A stretch of DNA of 64,000 nucleotides from Chiloscyllium plagiosum (taxonomy: Eukaryota): the NCBI RefSeq assembly GCF_004010195.1, contig NC_057719.1, forward strand, positions 53,563,282-53,627,281, in the 5' to 3' direction. The number at the start of each line of letters is the position of its first letter. Positions within the stretch are counted from its first letter, which is position 1. The notes under the pieces were generated by a model, which made no database searches, was not told the origin of the DNA, and worked only from the letters and a program-made list of their open reading frames with translations. Position numbers and translations under genes: made by a program. Positions 38,931-51,619 of this stretch are shown here, piece after piece.

Positions 38931-40539
38931 CATTGCCACATCAAGAAACCTTGGTGCATGATCTCTGCCTTGTTGCATCATAACCATTTGTCTTACATGA
39001 GTAACAAACTTCTCTCGCCACTTCTAACACCTGCTATAACCTGAAAACATTTCCTCTTTTAGAGATATATGTTGCTTTAAGTTGCAACAACCTTCCACAA
39101 ACTTGGGCTACCCTCCTGAGGTGTGCAGCAGCCCAAACGTGGGCCGCACATTACAATCATGTAAATCAGGAAGCAAGATGATGTTTCTCAGCTGCTAACA
39201 TGGTAATACACTGACACAGATTAATCATTTATCATATTCCCTAAAACTCCTTCAGGGCCTCATCAAATTTTTCACTGACAATGTTTTAGTTTCTATCTTC
39301 TAATACAATCACTTGCAAGTGATTCTGTTGGATACCAGTGCAAAAATATATTTTGAAACAAATTTTGGCACAATTCTATGTTTGACTTGACAAATCAGAT
39401 GGTTAATTTATTAATAGTCTTTATTTCAGTGAAAATCGAGATTGCTATAATGAATGGGTAGGTCCATGGGAATGAATGGCATGCACAAAGCTCCAAGATT
39501 CACATTTTAAATTTGTTTGTTCATTATACACCGTGTCCATCCAAAGCAGAAATCTACTGCCTGGAAACACCAGTTGTCTGGATATTTTTGAGCTAACATG
39601 AACAACTCACGGACTTACAACACAACCATTTGGTATAATTTCAGAATAGTACGCTGTGAGAGGAAACATGGAACTTGTTGGTTGAGTAAAACAATTTTTA
39701 ATACAGTTTTATAATGTTTTGTCACCATTTAATGTTTCAGGTGAATATTTATATCTGCATAATTTGCTGGTTTGCACAGTTGTAGTTATACGTTCCAACA
39801 TGCACTTTGAGTACACCTGGAGCAGGATGGGAAAAAGGGAAGGGGACAAATCTCAGGTGGGGTAAACTAGTTACTTCAAAGGCTGGCCCACATTTGGGCG
39901 GGCTTACCGGTGCAAAAAAACATCATTCTATGATCCAAAAATTCTGAAATTCAGAAATGGCTTGATCCCAAAACCTTTGAATTGGAGAAGTTACAGTGTC
40001 CAAGGAAATACAATCTCACCTCATTGGAACTAGCGAACAATTGCTGTGGACGTTATCATCAACAGTTATATTCTAATTATTTTGAAGATTTAGTCTAACG
40101 TAATAATGATCATGCTTTATGCAACAACGATAATCATACAAATAAGTATCACTGACCTTCTTAATGCAGGTGAAATCTAAAATATAAAATAAGACTCATT
40201 TGAACCACCAGTAACTGACTTAGTGGTTGTGTGTTGCTAAGCAACAAAAGCTTTTGCAATGATATTGATGTTGTGTGTTTCATTTACTGAGCCAACATGC
40301 TCTGACAGAAGCTTCAACAATGACAGACCTGCTCCTAATTGCAGAAACTAGCTTTGAGATCGAAAACCTCTGTTGTTACAGTAAAATGGGATCACGCTGT
40401 CACAATATAATTTTCATAGTGTTTAGTGCTTTAATGAGAAAAAAACTCAAAATAATTAATTCAGATATAAAATATAAAATTCTACCATGGTCTAGAAACT
40501 GCCCAATTAGGGCCTAATGACTGCCAGACTCTGTAGGCT

Positions 40540-40713
40540 GGAGATAGTGAGAACTGCAGATACTGGAAAGTCAGAGTTGATGAAGTAGGGAGCTGGAAAA
40601 ATCACAGCAGGTCAAGCAGCATCGGTGGTGCAGGAGAGTAGATGTTCCAGTCCAGGACCCTTCATCAGGACTGATGAAGGGTCCCAACCCGAAATGTTGA
40701 CTCTCCTGCTCCT
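40540..40713. mobile_element. Penelope-derived fold-back with 15-bp TSD
   Basis: Inverted centre cccttcatcaggactgatgaaggg. TSD cagactctgtaggct at 40525-40539 and 40714-40728. Confidence 0.8.
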
Positions 40714-41964
40714 CAGACTCTGTAGGCTAAATTATATAGGATTTTCCATCCACAGAGCCAGCTAAAAAGCCAGGGAGATGGTTTGGAGGGCCTATGGAGG
40801 GGACCAGGGGTCTTAATAGTCTGAGGTGGTTCATCCACCCTTCTGGACCAAGAAGCCCCACCTGGGAGAGTAAATGATCCATCACTTTAGCCGTGCAGCA
40901 CTGAATCATTTTCTAATTTCACTTGGTGACAAGCTGTCAGGACCTGGGAAGGATTGGGGGTGTAGGCCTGGGATTTTAGATGCCATGGGGTGAGAGCAGC
41001 TGAGGAGGATAAAACATAGAGGAAGGGTATCCTCATAAAATACCTTGAGATTACCCATTTAGGCAGCACTCCCATGACCACCACAGTCCACCTAAGGAAA
41101 TCTGCAAGGTCCACTGGCCCGTGGGCTTCCTGATATAAGTTTGGTAAGTGTAAGGGCAAGAAGGAAATCAGCAGGCAAGTTCTATGCTGGATTTAACATA
41201 ACCCATCTGTCAAACCTGTTGCTGTGGGAGGATTAAATCGAGCCCTGTGGACTTGACATTCTTTCTGAAATAATTGAAGAAACAATACTCTCTAAATGAT
41301 CATTTTAACACCTCTTTAATGGTTCAATTTTAAAGAACATTATGCAAAGGCACAATTTTTGGATTGACAGTGCTGCATACTAAAGCGAAGAGCATGGGCT
41401 GATATCATTCACCGTCATTTACTTTTCTGAATTTTTGACAGAAATTACTGGAGAAGTAAAGCTGCTTGATTGATACTAACCAATGGGTTATTTTGCTAAA
41501 ATCGTGTTGCTTTAGATTCTAAAATAAATGTGTTGGAAAAGGTCAGGAGCAACTCCCATTCAATCAGAGCTGCTATCAATGTTAGCAAATAACACTGAGC
41601 TGCTGCATTAGTCATTCATCTCCCTTGCCCTTTGCACTCTGATGAATATACTTTGTGTGAAATTTTAAAGCATAGAGCTGAATTAATGTTCACAAATGGA
41701 AAATTTCTTCTTAAGCTAATAAAACAATATTACAGACAATAGAACTCAAGATTCAAGTTGCATAAAATAGATACCTGCAGTATTTTGTTTTTATGTACAG
41801 GAATAACTTGGTCATTGTTACACATTTTTGGCATAATATTTTTCAAGGAGGACAAATTTCCCAGCATGATTTGGCCAAGCGCAATCTCTGTTCTCTCCAG
41901 AGATGGGGCTAGCTGCCAAATTGGCAATTGGTGACTTCTGAGAATCTGCCTGAAATAACAATTG

Positions 41965-43090
41965 TTCTTGGATTTATATGGCTGTTTCCCAAAGCACTTT
42001 GTAGAAATACAACCAAATAAAATTTGACAACTCAAATACAGGTCAGATAAATGGCCAGAAGCTTGGTCAAGGAAGTAGGTTTTAAGTAGCATCTTAAAAG
42101 GGGAATGAGGGTTGCACAGACAGAAAGGAGTATGAGGGACATTCCAGCAATTATAGCCTGAGACAATCAAAAGCATGGCCTTCAATGGTGGAGCAACTAA
42201 AAATCAGTGATGTTCGAGAGGCCAGAATTAATTAATTTGCAGGACTGGAGAGGGTTGTGGACTGAAAGAAATTAATGAGATAGGAAAGGCTAATGGAAGA
42301 ACATGAAATGAAGTATGCTAATTTGGAAATCAAAGCAGTGCCAGACCAAGAGCTCGTGGTGGTTAACGAGGTCAACAAGGGATGGTGAGTGAATAAGGCT
42401 ACAATTTATGAAGTTAATGGAGGGTAGCAAGGAGACAACTGGAATAGTTAGTTCCAATGGTGAAAGGGACATGAATGCAAATTTCAACAGCAGATGTGCT
42501 GAGGCAGGGGTAAACTCAGAATATGCGATGTTATGGAGGTAAAACTAGACAGCCATGCGATGGATCAAGTCTGTTTCTAACAGCTTATCTCTTGGGCAAA
42601 TATCACATCAAGATTGTAAATATTTTAATTTAGCCTCAAAATGTTTCCAGCAAGGAAGATAGAATTTGTTGCTCTAGGAATTAAATTTTAGACGAGGATT
42701 GAAATCAATTGCCTTGTTCTTCCAATATTTAGTCAAAAGAAATTTCTGCTCATCCACAAGGAGGCTGATCATTTAGCCCCAGTGGAAGGGTGAGAATGGT
42801 ACTGATGAAGTAAAACTTAAATGTCTTTGGTATACCTGGGAAACTTGAGCTTGTGTTTTGGAATGCTGTCACTGAAGGGCAGTGTGCACATGACAAATAG
42901 GAATTAGCAAGGAAAAGCCCTTCATAGATATCAGAGATAGTGATGTAGCATCCACAAGATAAGCCAATGCAGGCTATTTGCTGGCTATGATGATTTAGAT
43001 GATAATGGAACCAAAGGTGTGTTAGCGCCACGCAGCTGGAAGGAGAGTAGTGTTGTCAAGTGTGCCAAAATATTAACAGCTTGATAAAGA
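41965..43090 (-). mobile_element. L2 LINE 3' relic
   Basis: Antisense L2 tail (cccaaagcacttt, ttggtcaaggaagtaggttttaag...tcttaaa). Confidence 0.65.
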
Positions 43091-43185
43091 TGGAACAGTT
43101 AATAGATCCTTGGAATAAATTACGAGGGGCGTATTACAAGTTTCAGTATCTTGGTGCTGCATTTAGCAAAACTAGGCAGAACATG

Positions 43186-43413
43186 ATTTGGAGATGCCGG
43201 TGTTGGACTGGGTGTACAAAGTTAAAAATCACACAACACCAGGTTATAGTCCAACAGGTTTAATTGGAAGCACACTAGCTTTCGGAGCGACGCTCCTTCA
43301 TCAGGTGATTCATCAGGTGACAACCACCTGATGAAGGAGCATCACTCCAAAAGCTAGTGTGCTTCCAATTAAACCTGTTGGACTATAACCTGGTGTTGTG
43401 TGATTTTTAACTT
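43186..43413. mobile_element. Penelope-derived fold-back (different family) with 13-bp TSD
   Basis: Near-perfect inverted arms of about 90 bp. TSD taggcagaacatg at 43173-43185 and 43414-43426. Confidence 0.85.
43273..43307 (-). ncRNA. Minimal type I hammerhead ribozyme motif
   Basis: Minus strand reads cac-CUGAUGA-a-ggagc-guc-gcucc-GAA-AGCU-A-gug, with stem I cac/gug, a 5-bp stem II and palindromic AGCU. Confidence 0.75.
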
Positions 43414-44359
43414 TAGGCAGAACATGTGCTCTTATAATAACTCAGTTTTGCTGAATCTGCACACCATTTAACCCGTGTTCATTTAAGGGACCACTTAGGG
43501 ATAGTTTCACCAATTTTAAGGTGGAACAGAATTACATATTTAATTCCACAACAACAGCATTGACACCTATCTTCTTCCATTAATTTGCATCCCTACCCAA
43601 AACTTATCCATAGCTAGCTTAATGGGCAAATTGGCTGATTATATACTTTTATACATGATTGGTGACCACCGTTCACTGTTAAGATGGAGAAACGAGTCTG
43701 CAGACCCAATTTTCAGCAGTTTGGTGTAGCTGAAATGACCATATAAATGTGGTTGAAACTGTCAGGCCAGATGTCCAATATGCATGATCTATCTCTTTGT
43801 TCCAGTATGAGCATTTGATTCTAATGAATATATGTAAATTTATCCTTCTGTCCAATTATCTAAGTTAACATCAGTGTGAAAGGTTGTCACCAGCATCGAT
43901 CCATAAAATGGCAGTGAAATGGGAACATAGCATTGAGAAGCAGAAATAGAATATTCAGCCCTTCAAAGTTGCTCTATGATACAATAAGTGTGTCGATTGG
44001 GGTCTCAGTTTCATTTTCCAGTCTTCTCCTATTATAACCTTAACTCCCTTTAATATCATGTTAATCCAAGAGTTTTCCCTCTCTTATCTGCTTGAGAATT
44101 ATATATATTAAATTTATCAGAAAAAGATTATTATATGGTTGTTTCTATGGTTAGCTACTTTTTAAAATCCAATGATTTAAGGGAACAGTAAGAAATAGCA
44201 ACACATGAAGACTGGAATAATATTTCAGTAGATAGCTATAATCCGTGATTAAAATCTCTGCCTTGGGCTTGAGACAATTCCTCTCTTGATCGCATCAGTT
44301 GTATGACATGTTGATCTTTTACTTAGAAATTCTGTATCCTATGTATCTTGCCCCACTAG

Positions 44360-44470
44360 CTACCCGACAGAGGAGCAGTGCTCTGAAAGCTCGTATTTTA
44401 AAATAGGCAGGTATCATGTGATTTTTAACTTTTTCCACCCCAATTCAACCCAGGCACCTCCACATCATCT
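44360..44470 (+). mobile_element. Decayed pLTR of the same family as 43186-43413
   Basis: ggagcagtgctctgaaagct...gtgatttttaacttt...cacctccacatcat. Confidence 0.6.
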
Positions 44471-45368
44471 CTTCTTCTATCTCGACACAAACTCTGCACT
44501 AAAATTACTTTTATGTTCTCCAACTTTGTTCCTATCCAATCAAAATCTCAGTACTCCAATGTTGCTGATGATATTTATTAACTTGGATTATCATAATCTC
44601 CCCTTCTTCTGTTCTTTTCTTCAGCTAACAAGAAAACTGGAAAGATTTCTTAATTGTTGCAACCTGGCAGGACATTACCTATTGTATTTCTATTCAGTAA
44701 TACATTTTAAACTAATTAACATGTTCCGCGGGACAGATTTCCTGGTTGACCCAGCTTATATTAATCTGAAAATATCAAAACTGACCAGCCAGATGTGTTA
44801 TGATCTTCATAGGAAGAACATTAAAAAAGGTAATGTAGACATTTTTCAATCCATTATTGATGGCAAAACAAAAATTCGAGGATTATTTTCAATTACAACT
44901 GAGCAGAAAACCATGAAGATCGGTAAAATAAGACTCTCGATAAATGCATGAGAGCAGCTGTTTACCACATTCATAAAATCTTCCATGCTTGACAATATTT
45001 TTGTTGAACAAATTTTCTAGATCATTTGATGGTGGCCTGAACTTGTTTGTTTAAGACCATAAGCTGTCACTACAGAAAAACAAGTATGTTCTGAATTTCC
45101 ATATTTAAATTGCTTCAGTCCTGATCATACGACTTAAATTATTTTAGTTCAATTGAATTGTGTATGTCTCACAATTACATTAACGCAGTGCGCAGAATTT
45201 TTCAGTTTAGCTGTGAAGGCATCCTCCTCGTAATCTTGTGCTAATGACATAGATTTATACCTTTCCTTTGCTTGTGTTTCCTGAATCCTAAAGATCCACT
45301 AAATTTCTGCTGCCAGGTATGTTCATATTGTCTTTCAGAAAAAAACTGGATTGTTGTTTCTGGTTCTT

Positions 45369-45703
45369 GGGTGGCACAGTGGTTAGCACTGCTGCCTCAC
45401 AGCGCCAGAGACACAGGTTCAATTCCAGCCTCAGGCAACTGTGTGTGTGGAGTTTGCACATTCTCCCCGTGTCTGCGTGGGTTTCCTCCGGGTGCTCTGG
45501 TTTCATCCCACAGTCCAAAGATGTGCAGATTAGGTGAATTGACCATGCTAAATTGCCCGTAGTGTTAGGTGAAAGGGTAAACGTAGGGGAATGGGTTTGG
45601 GTGGATTGGTCTTCGGCAGGTCGGTGTGGACTTGTTGGGTCGAAGGACCTACTTCCACACTGTAAGTAATCTAATCTAATTGAAGTAATCTAATCTAATC
45701 TAA
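45369..45703 (+). mobile_element. HE1/V-SINE family SINE, full length
   Basis: tRNA-like head tggcacagtggttagcactgctgcctcac, B-box ggttcaattcc, V domain tgtggagtttgcacattctcccc, and a (taatc)n tail. Confidence 0.92.
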
Positions 45704-45998
45704 TAAACCAGATTTAGAAAGGCAACATTAACTTATACAGCAGAGAAAAAAGGTTCTAATTTATTGGAGCAATGCCAGCATAGAACAGGAACTGCTAGCT
45801 GTCAATCCTAGTTAGCAGACTGGATTTATGTTGACTCCAGTTGATCACAGCATTACAAGATTAATGCAGTAGGGTTTACGTTTCCATAACCCTTTCATCA
45901 ATGAGAACGGTGCAATGTATGCTTTCTTTTTAACCGACAAAGAATTGGATCCTGTGGCATGACTATATGTAACATGTGCAAATAAATCACTATGAACT

Positions 45999-46082
45999 TT
46001 TGGCCTGTGCCCGAAACGTCGAATCTCCTGTTTCCTGGATGCTGCCTGACCTGCTGTGCTGTTCCAGCAATAAAGTTTCAAC
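45999..46082 (+). mobile_element. 84-bp Penelope pLTR fragment between 42-bp direct repeats
   Basis: gcccgaaacgtcgaatctcctg...ggatgctgcctgacctgctgtgc. Flanking repeats at 45957-45998 and 46083-46124. Confidence 0.8.
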
Positions 46083-46167
46083 GCATGACTATATGTAACA
46101 TGTGCAAATAAATCACTATGAACTCAACATGATAAACTTAAATTCCATTCAAATATAATTTTTAACA

Positions 46168-46387
46168 CAGTGTGGTGCTGGAAAAACGGAGATCAGGCAG
46201 CATCCAAGGAGCAGGAGAATTGACATTTCGGACATAAGCCCTTCATCAGAAGCAAGGTCTCATTCCTGATGACGGGCTTATGCCTGAACCATCGATCCTC
46301 CTGCTCCTTGGATGCTACCTGATCTGCTGTGCTTTTCAAGCACCATACTCTCGACTCTAATCTCCAGCATCTGTAGTGCTCACTTTC
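46168..46387. mobile_element. Penelope-derived fold-back (inverted pLTR pair)
   Basis: Inverted arms around 46255 with decayed ctgatga cores on both strands. No clear TSD. Confidence 0.8.
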
Positions 46388-47119
46388 GCATAAATCTTAG
46401 CATAGTCAGGATTATTTATAGCAGAATCAAATCTAATATTGGATGTGATTTTTTGAGGCTTGCAAGCACAGTTGCAGCACGCAGCCCATTGCAGACATTC
46501 AAATGAATGTGATCTTGAATAAAGTCTTGAATAAAATCAGCCAGTCATTGGGGCACACGGCCTACCTACCTGGCATCTCATAAACACTGAAATCCATATA
46601 CCATATTATTCATTTGTATGATAGTCATTTTGACTTCATAGCAGCATCCTGTAGGTGCCAGAATATTGCTCATATGGATTCTCCAAAGTAGCCATATGAT
46701 ATACCTAAATTCACCTGTTGCTCATAATTTGTAAGACTCTTTACACACCCAAGTCAATCTGAGGTAAACTTAGTGTGTTAATGCCTACCACACCATATCA
46801 TTTCTCGGGATTCTGACACAGACTGGCCTGCAATATGGTTATTTAGCCTTTGTTTAATTATATCCACACAATGGCCTATCATCCTCAACAATGTTCACTG
46901 TTGTAATAGGCAGTTAGTAACTGAGTGGGTGAACTGACATCATGAGATAAACACTACTCATCAGGATTTATAGGACTATTCCTGGGAAAAGTTAATTGGT
47001 TCTAGCTCGGTTCAAGTTAGCTGTTAAATCTTTGTAGCTGACAATAATATATACTTCCTCTGAAGTATAGCCTGAGGTCTTACAAAGGATTTTCCTGCAA
47101 CTCAGTGGTAATGTAACTA

Positions 47120-47495
47120 GCTATTGAAACATATTGAAATCTTAAGGGGCTTTAGGGTGAATGATGAGAGAATTTTTCCTGTCATGGGGGAGTCTAGGAC
47201 CAGAGGACATAGTCTCAGAACAAAGGACAACGATTTAAGACTGAAAAGAGGGGGAATTTCTTGTCTCAGAAGTTGAGAGTCTTTGGAACTCTTTGCCACA
47301 GAGAGCTGTGGGGGCAGAGTCCTTGTATATATTTAAGTCTGAGATAGCGAGATTCTTCATCAGTAGGGGAATTAATAGGGCTAGGGCAGGAGAGTGGACA
47401 TGAGGAATGTCAGATCAGCCATGATTCTATTGAATGGAAGAGTAGGCTCAATGAGCCGAAAGGTTTCATCCTGTCCCTGTTCCTTATGGCCTTAT
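47120..47495 (+). mobile_element. CR1 3' end
   Basis: tttcctgtcatgggggagtctaggaccagagg and tail ccttatggccttatg. Confidence 0.8.
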
Positions 47496-47606
47496 GAAGT
47501 ATTACGTAATAAACTTATTCTTGTTTAACAGACTGTACTCCACATCTGCTAAAGACTTCATGTGGGCAGTATTCCCCATTTCATTTCAGAATAATAGCAA
47601 TAACAA

Positions 47607-47892
47607 GCACAGTGATTCAATGGTTAGCACTGCTGCCTCACAGCGCCAGGGACCCAGGTTCAATTCTAACCTTGTGTGATCATCTGTGAGGTGCTTGCAT
47701 ATTCTCCTTGTATCTGCATGGGAATTCCTCCCACAGTCCAAAAATGTGCAGGATGGGTGAGTTACCCATGGTAAATCTGGGGTTACAGGGACAAGGTGGG
47801 GTGGCTGGGCCTGGGTGGGAAGCTCTTCAAAAGGTCAGTGCAGAATCAATGGGCTGAATGACTTCTTTCTGCACTGTAGGAATTCTATGATA
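47607..47892 (+). mobile_element. HE1/V-SINE family SINE, diverged
   Basis: tggttagcactgctgcctcacagcgccagggacccaggttcaatt. Confidence 0.85.
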
Positions 47893-48579
47893 CATCAAAG
47901 GTTTGCTGGCAATGAATGTACTCAAGGCATCTTCGATGGTACTATTGAATATAGTTACAATTCTGAAAGAGCTGGAATTTGAAAAAATACCTGGTACATG
48001 TCTCCAGAGATGGGAATATTGTGGAAGAAGAACTAATACAATTATGGGAAATTGGTGGAGGAAAAGTGTTGGCAGTGGAACCATGTTAAAACTTTTTCAT
48101 GTACTTTCATATTGAAATTGGTCATCATAGATGCACTGAGAAGTGACACATACAGATAACCCTATCTGTTTGAAAAGCTCACTGCAAAACTTAATAATTA
48201 TTGCTGAATCCTTATTGGGAAGATCAAAAAAAAAAGTGGACCATCCAATTACATACCCAAACTGAATAGAGTAACATGGGAGTGAAACTTAGGTCATCTT
48301 AGCTAAGTCCAAATATCATTGATTGCTTTGGAGGCCTGCAAGACCTAACAAATTCTCTTGACGTATCTAACCAAATGTAACTCAGTAACAACCTACCTTA
48401 CCTCTATGGTGTCTTTCATGTCTGATTTCCATCTTATCTAACCATTTCCAATTCCAAGAACAATATGCACTTAGCACATACTCCAGAATTCACAAGCAAC
48501 CTCATGCCCATTGCGACTTAGGACAAACATTGTTGCATTGTTGTTCTGGAAGTGGCCCTCATATTTACTGACATTTATC

Positions 48580-49594
48580 CTGGAAATCCTGAGGGACAAG
48601 TTGTACATGTATTTAGAAAGGCAATGAATGATTAGGGATAGTCAACATGGCTTTGTGCATGGGAAATCATGTCTCACAACTGAGTTTTTTGAAGAAGTAA
48701 CAAAGAGGATTGATGAGGGCAGAGCAGTAGACGTGATCTATCTGGACTTCAGAAAGGCGTTTGAAAAGGTTCCGCATGGGAGACTGGTTAGCAAGGTTAG
48801 ATTGTATACAATACAGGGAGAACTAGCCATTTGGATACAGAACTGGCTCAAAGGTAGAAGACAGACGGTGGTGGTGGAAGGTTGTTTTTCAGACTGGAGG
48901 CCTGTGAACAGTGGTGTGCCACAAGGACCAGTGCTGGGACCAGTACTTTTCATTATTTATATAAATTATTTGGCTGTCAGCATAGGGGATATAGTTAGTA
49001 AGTATGGAGAAGACACCAAAGTTGGAGATGCAGTGGACAAATAAGAAGGTTACCTCAGATTACAACAGGATCTTGACCAGATGAGCCAATGGGCTGAGGG
49101 GTGGCAGATGGAGTTTAATTCAGATAAATGCAAGGTACTGCACTTTGGGAAAGTAAATCTTAGCAGGACTTATACACTTAATGGTAAGGTCCTGGGGAGT
49201 GTTGCTGAACAAAAAGATTTTGGAGTGCAGGTTCATAGCTCTTTGAAAGTAGAGTCACAGGTAGATAGGGTAGTGAAGAAAGTGTATGCTTTCCCTTATT
49301 GGTCAGAGTATTGATTACAGGAGTTGGAAGGTCATGTTGCGACTGTACAGGACATTGGTGAGGCCACATTTGGAGTATTGCGTGCAGTTCTGGTCTCCTT
49401 CCTATTGGAAAGATGTTGTGAAACTTGAAAGGGTTCAGAAAAGATTTACAAGGATGTTGCCAGGGTTGGAGGATTTGAGCTATCGGGAGAGGTTGATTAG
49501 GCTGGGGCTGTTTTCCCTGAGGCGTCAGAGTCTGAGGGTGATCTTATAGGGGTTTATAAAATTCATGAGGGTCATGGATAGGATAAATAGACAA
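48580..49594 (+). mobile_element. CR1 RT fragment, 3'-truncated
   Basis: [36 protein letters not shown] and RPHLEYCVQFWSP motifs. Confidence 0.95.
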
Positions 49595-49599
49595 ATATC

Positions 49600-51590
49600 A
49601 GCATTTTGTGCATAATCTCTTGCAGGCCTCGCAGTTACTGTCCAACCTAGCGGTGATCAAGTATTCAGCTCACACTGGTGCCACTGACAGAATCTCCAAG
49701 GGCAATGTGCAAGTAGATACCGCTGCCAAGCGGGCAGCCTTACACCCCGCTTTCCTGGTCCCACTGGGCGCATATCAACACCTAGCTCGAAATGTATGAG
49801 AACGGGTATGCCAGATCTGGGTGAGATATGTCATTTACAGGGGACACCCCTGCAGAGGAACACAGACTGTGGTCACAGATGGGGCAAACCTTTGATGTTC
49901 ATACCAATCTGTGGATGACCCTTGCCGGATAGGTCTGTGTTCCTTCTTTGCTTTTCCCCAATATTGATGGATTATATACGTAACTGTACACACCTGCACA
50001 AGGAGACAATGGTCAGCACTTTACTACAAACCTGATGGCACCTTGATTCCCAGAAAATGGCTGAGAAATGAGCCAAAACAAGTTTGATCCACAAAAAGAC
50101 AAATGCTAGAAAAGGGATACTTTGCAGTTCTGGGATGAGCCCCTTGCCTGGTGGGTCTTTCAATTGTCTCCAACTGGATTTCACAGAATTTGCATGTCAC
50201 AAAGCTAGTCCCTTTTTTTTCTAAAAGCTGTTCGTTGGCTCAAGGATACTCTGTCTTTGATTTTTTTTCAGAGGAGTAATAAACCAGGCCAGGGTCTGAT
50301 CAATCCGGTTTGGTACAGAGATGAAAAGGATTTTGAGAGGCCGTTTTTTATATGTAAACAGATGAGACTTCAGGCCAAAGTGGTCATGTTTTAGTATTGA
50401 CCTGTATAAAGAGAGGGGCATGGTCAGCTCTCTAGCTGAGCTGAGCAGTTTAGTTCAGTTTTGAATTGGTGAGAAGTTCCACACAGAAGGTGTGTGGAAA
50501 CTCTCTCTCTCTTTTTCTGCCCTTCAACTTCAACCTGTAAGCATGTGCTCCATTTACACTCTTTTTTAAAGGGAGTTTGCTTACTGGGACTGTTGTGTAC
50601 ATTTGGAACAGCATAAGTAAGTCTAGTTGGATAGGCTGAGTTCTGTCGGGATTCTTTATTCTGTTCTTTGTGTTTCATTGTGTAATTTTGTGAATAAATT
50701 TTTGTCTGTTTTAAAATCTAGTAGTCTATCTTACTCTGGGTACTTTTCACTGTACACTTACTGAAACAAATTGCAAAGTTATGGTCTGAGGCTGCCTGCT
50801 TAAGAATGTTTGAGTGGCCTGCTTAGTCCATAATACCTATGGTACAATGTTATAAGTATTGTTTGGGAATAGCAGATGTCTTCAGCATATGGATTGAGGC
50901 AATCCCAACAACAGAGAATACGGCTGAAACTGTGGTAAAAATATTGTTGAGGTTAATAATTGCCCGCTATGGACTCCCAGAGACAATAAGCTCAGACAAC
51001 AGACAACAGGGGATCTGCAGGAAACTAGCGATAAAACAACGATTCCACTGCACTCACCACCCAAAAGTGGCTGGAGTGGTGGAATGAGCAACTGGCACCT
51101 TAAAAAAATAAGTTGGCAAAGCTAAAGCAGGAAACCAGCCTAAACTGGTTGAAGGTCCTCCCCTTGGTTCTGTTCCAAATGAAGGTAACCCCCTCAAGCA
51201 AGACAGGTCTGTCTCCAGCTGAGGTGGTTTACTGGAAGCCCATGAGGATCCCATGGGGACCTGGGATAGTCCGACCTTCCCTCCCCAAGACACTGGATAT
51301 GAACACCCTGGGAGAGGAGGTGGGAGTGTACCTGCAGGGGCTAACCAAATCTCTCCAAAGTTTGCATTCGCAGGTACACCAGGCTTACCAAAAGAGCGAT
51401 GATCTGCCTGAAGGGGACTATCCCACTGCCGAGCCAGGGGATTTCGTCCTGATAAAAGACTGGTAACGAAAGAGGCTTGGGACCAAGATGGAAAGGACCA
51501 TTTCAGGTGCTGCTGATCCCCCCGCCCCCGGTAGTGAAATTATAAGGGCAGCCCCGGTGGATACACAGAACCAACTGCAAAAGAATCAGC
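49600..51590 (+). pseudogene. pol: Retroviral pol 3' part (RNase H + integrase), disrupted
   Basis: LAVIKYSAHT...GNVQVDTAAKRAA, LQLDFTE, YKYCLGIADVFSIWIEAIP, RYGLPETISSDN, HHPKVAGVVE, TGLSPAEVVY, PRWKGPFQVLL, WIHRTNCK. Confidence 0.9.
50195..50835 (+). mobile_element. Solo LTR of an unrelated element inserted in the integrase
   Basis: Starts tgtcac and ends cataata (mutated CA). tataaa at about 50405, aataaa at about 50694. Integrase sequence resumes immediately after it. Confidence 0.7.
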
Positions 51591-51619
51591 TCGGAAACCG
51601 ACACCGATTAAAAACAAAG

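Noticed and set aside
44418..44951. 177-aa ORF
   Set aside because: Starts at a non-ATG codon inside a pLTR relic, has a low-information AT-rich composition and shows no domain.
45369..45440. tRNA gene-like A/B boxes
   Set aside because: This is the head of an HE1-type SINE, not a tRNA gene.
45957..46124. Repeat-spacer-repeat resembling CRISPR
   Set aside because: Only two repeats, vertebrate context, the spacer is a retroelement stub, and there are no cas genes.
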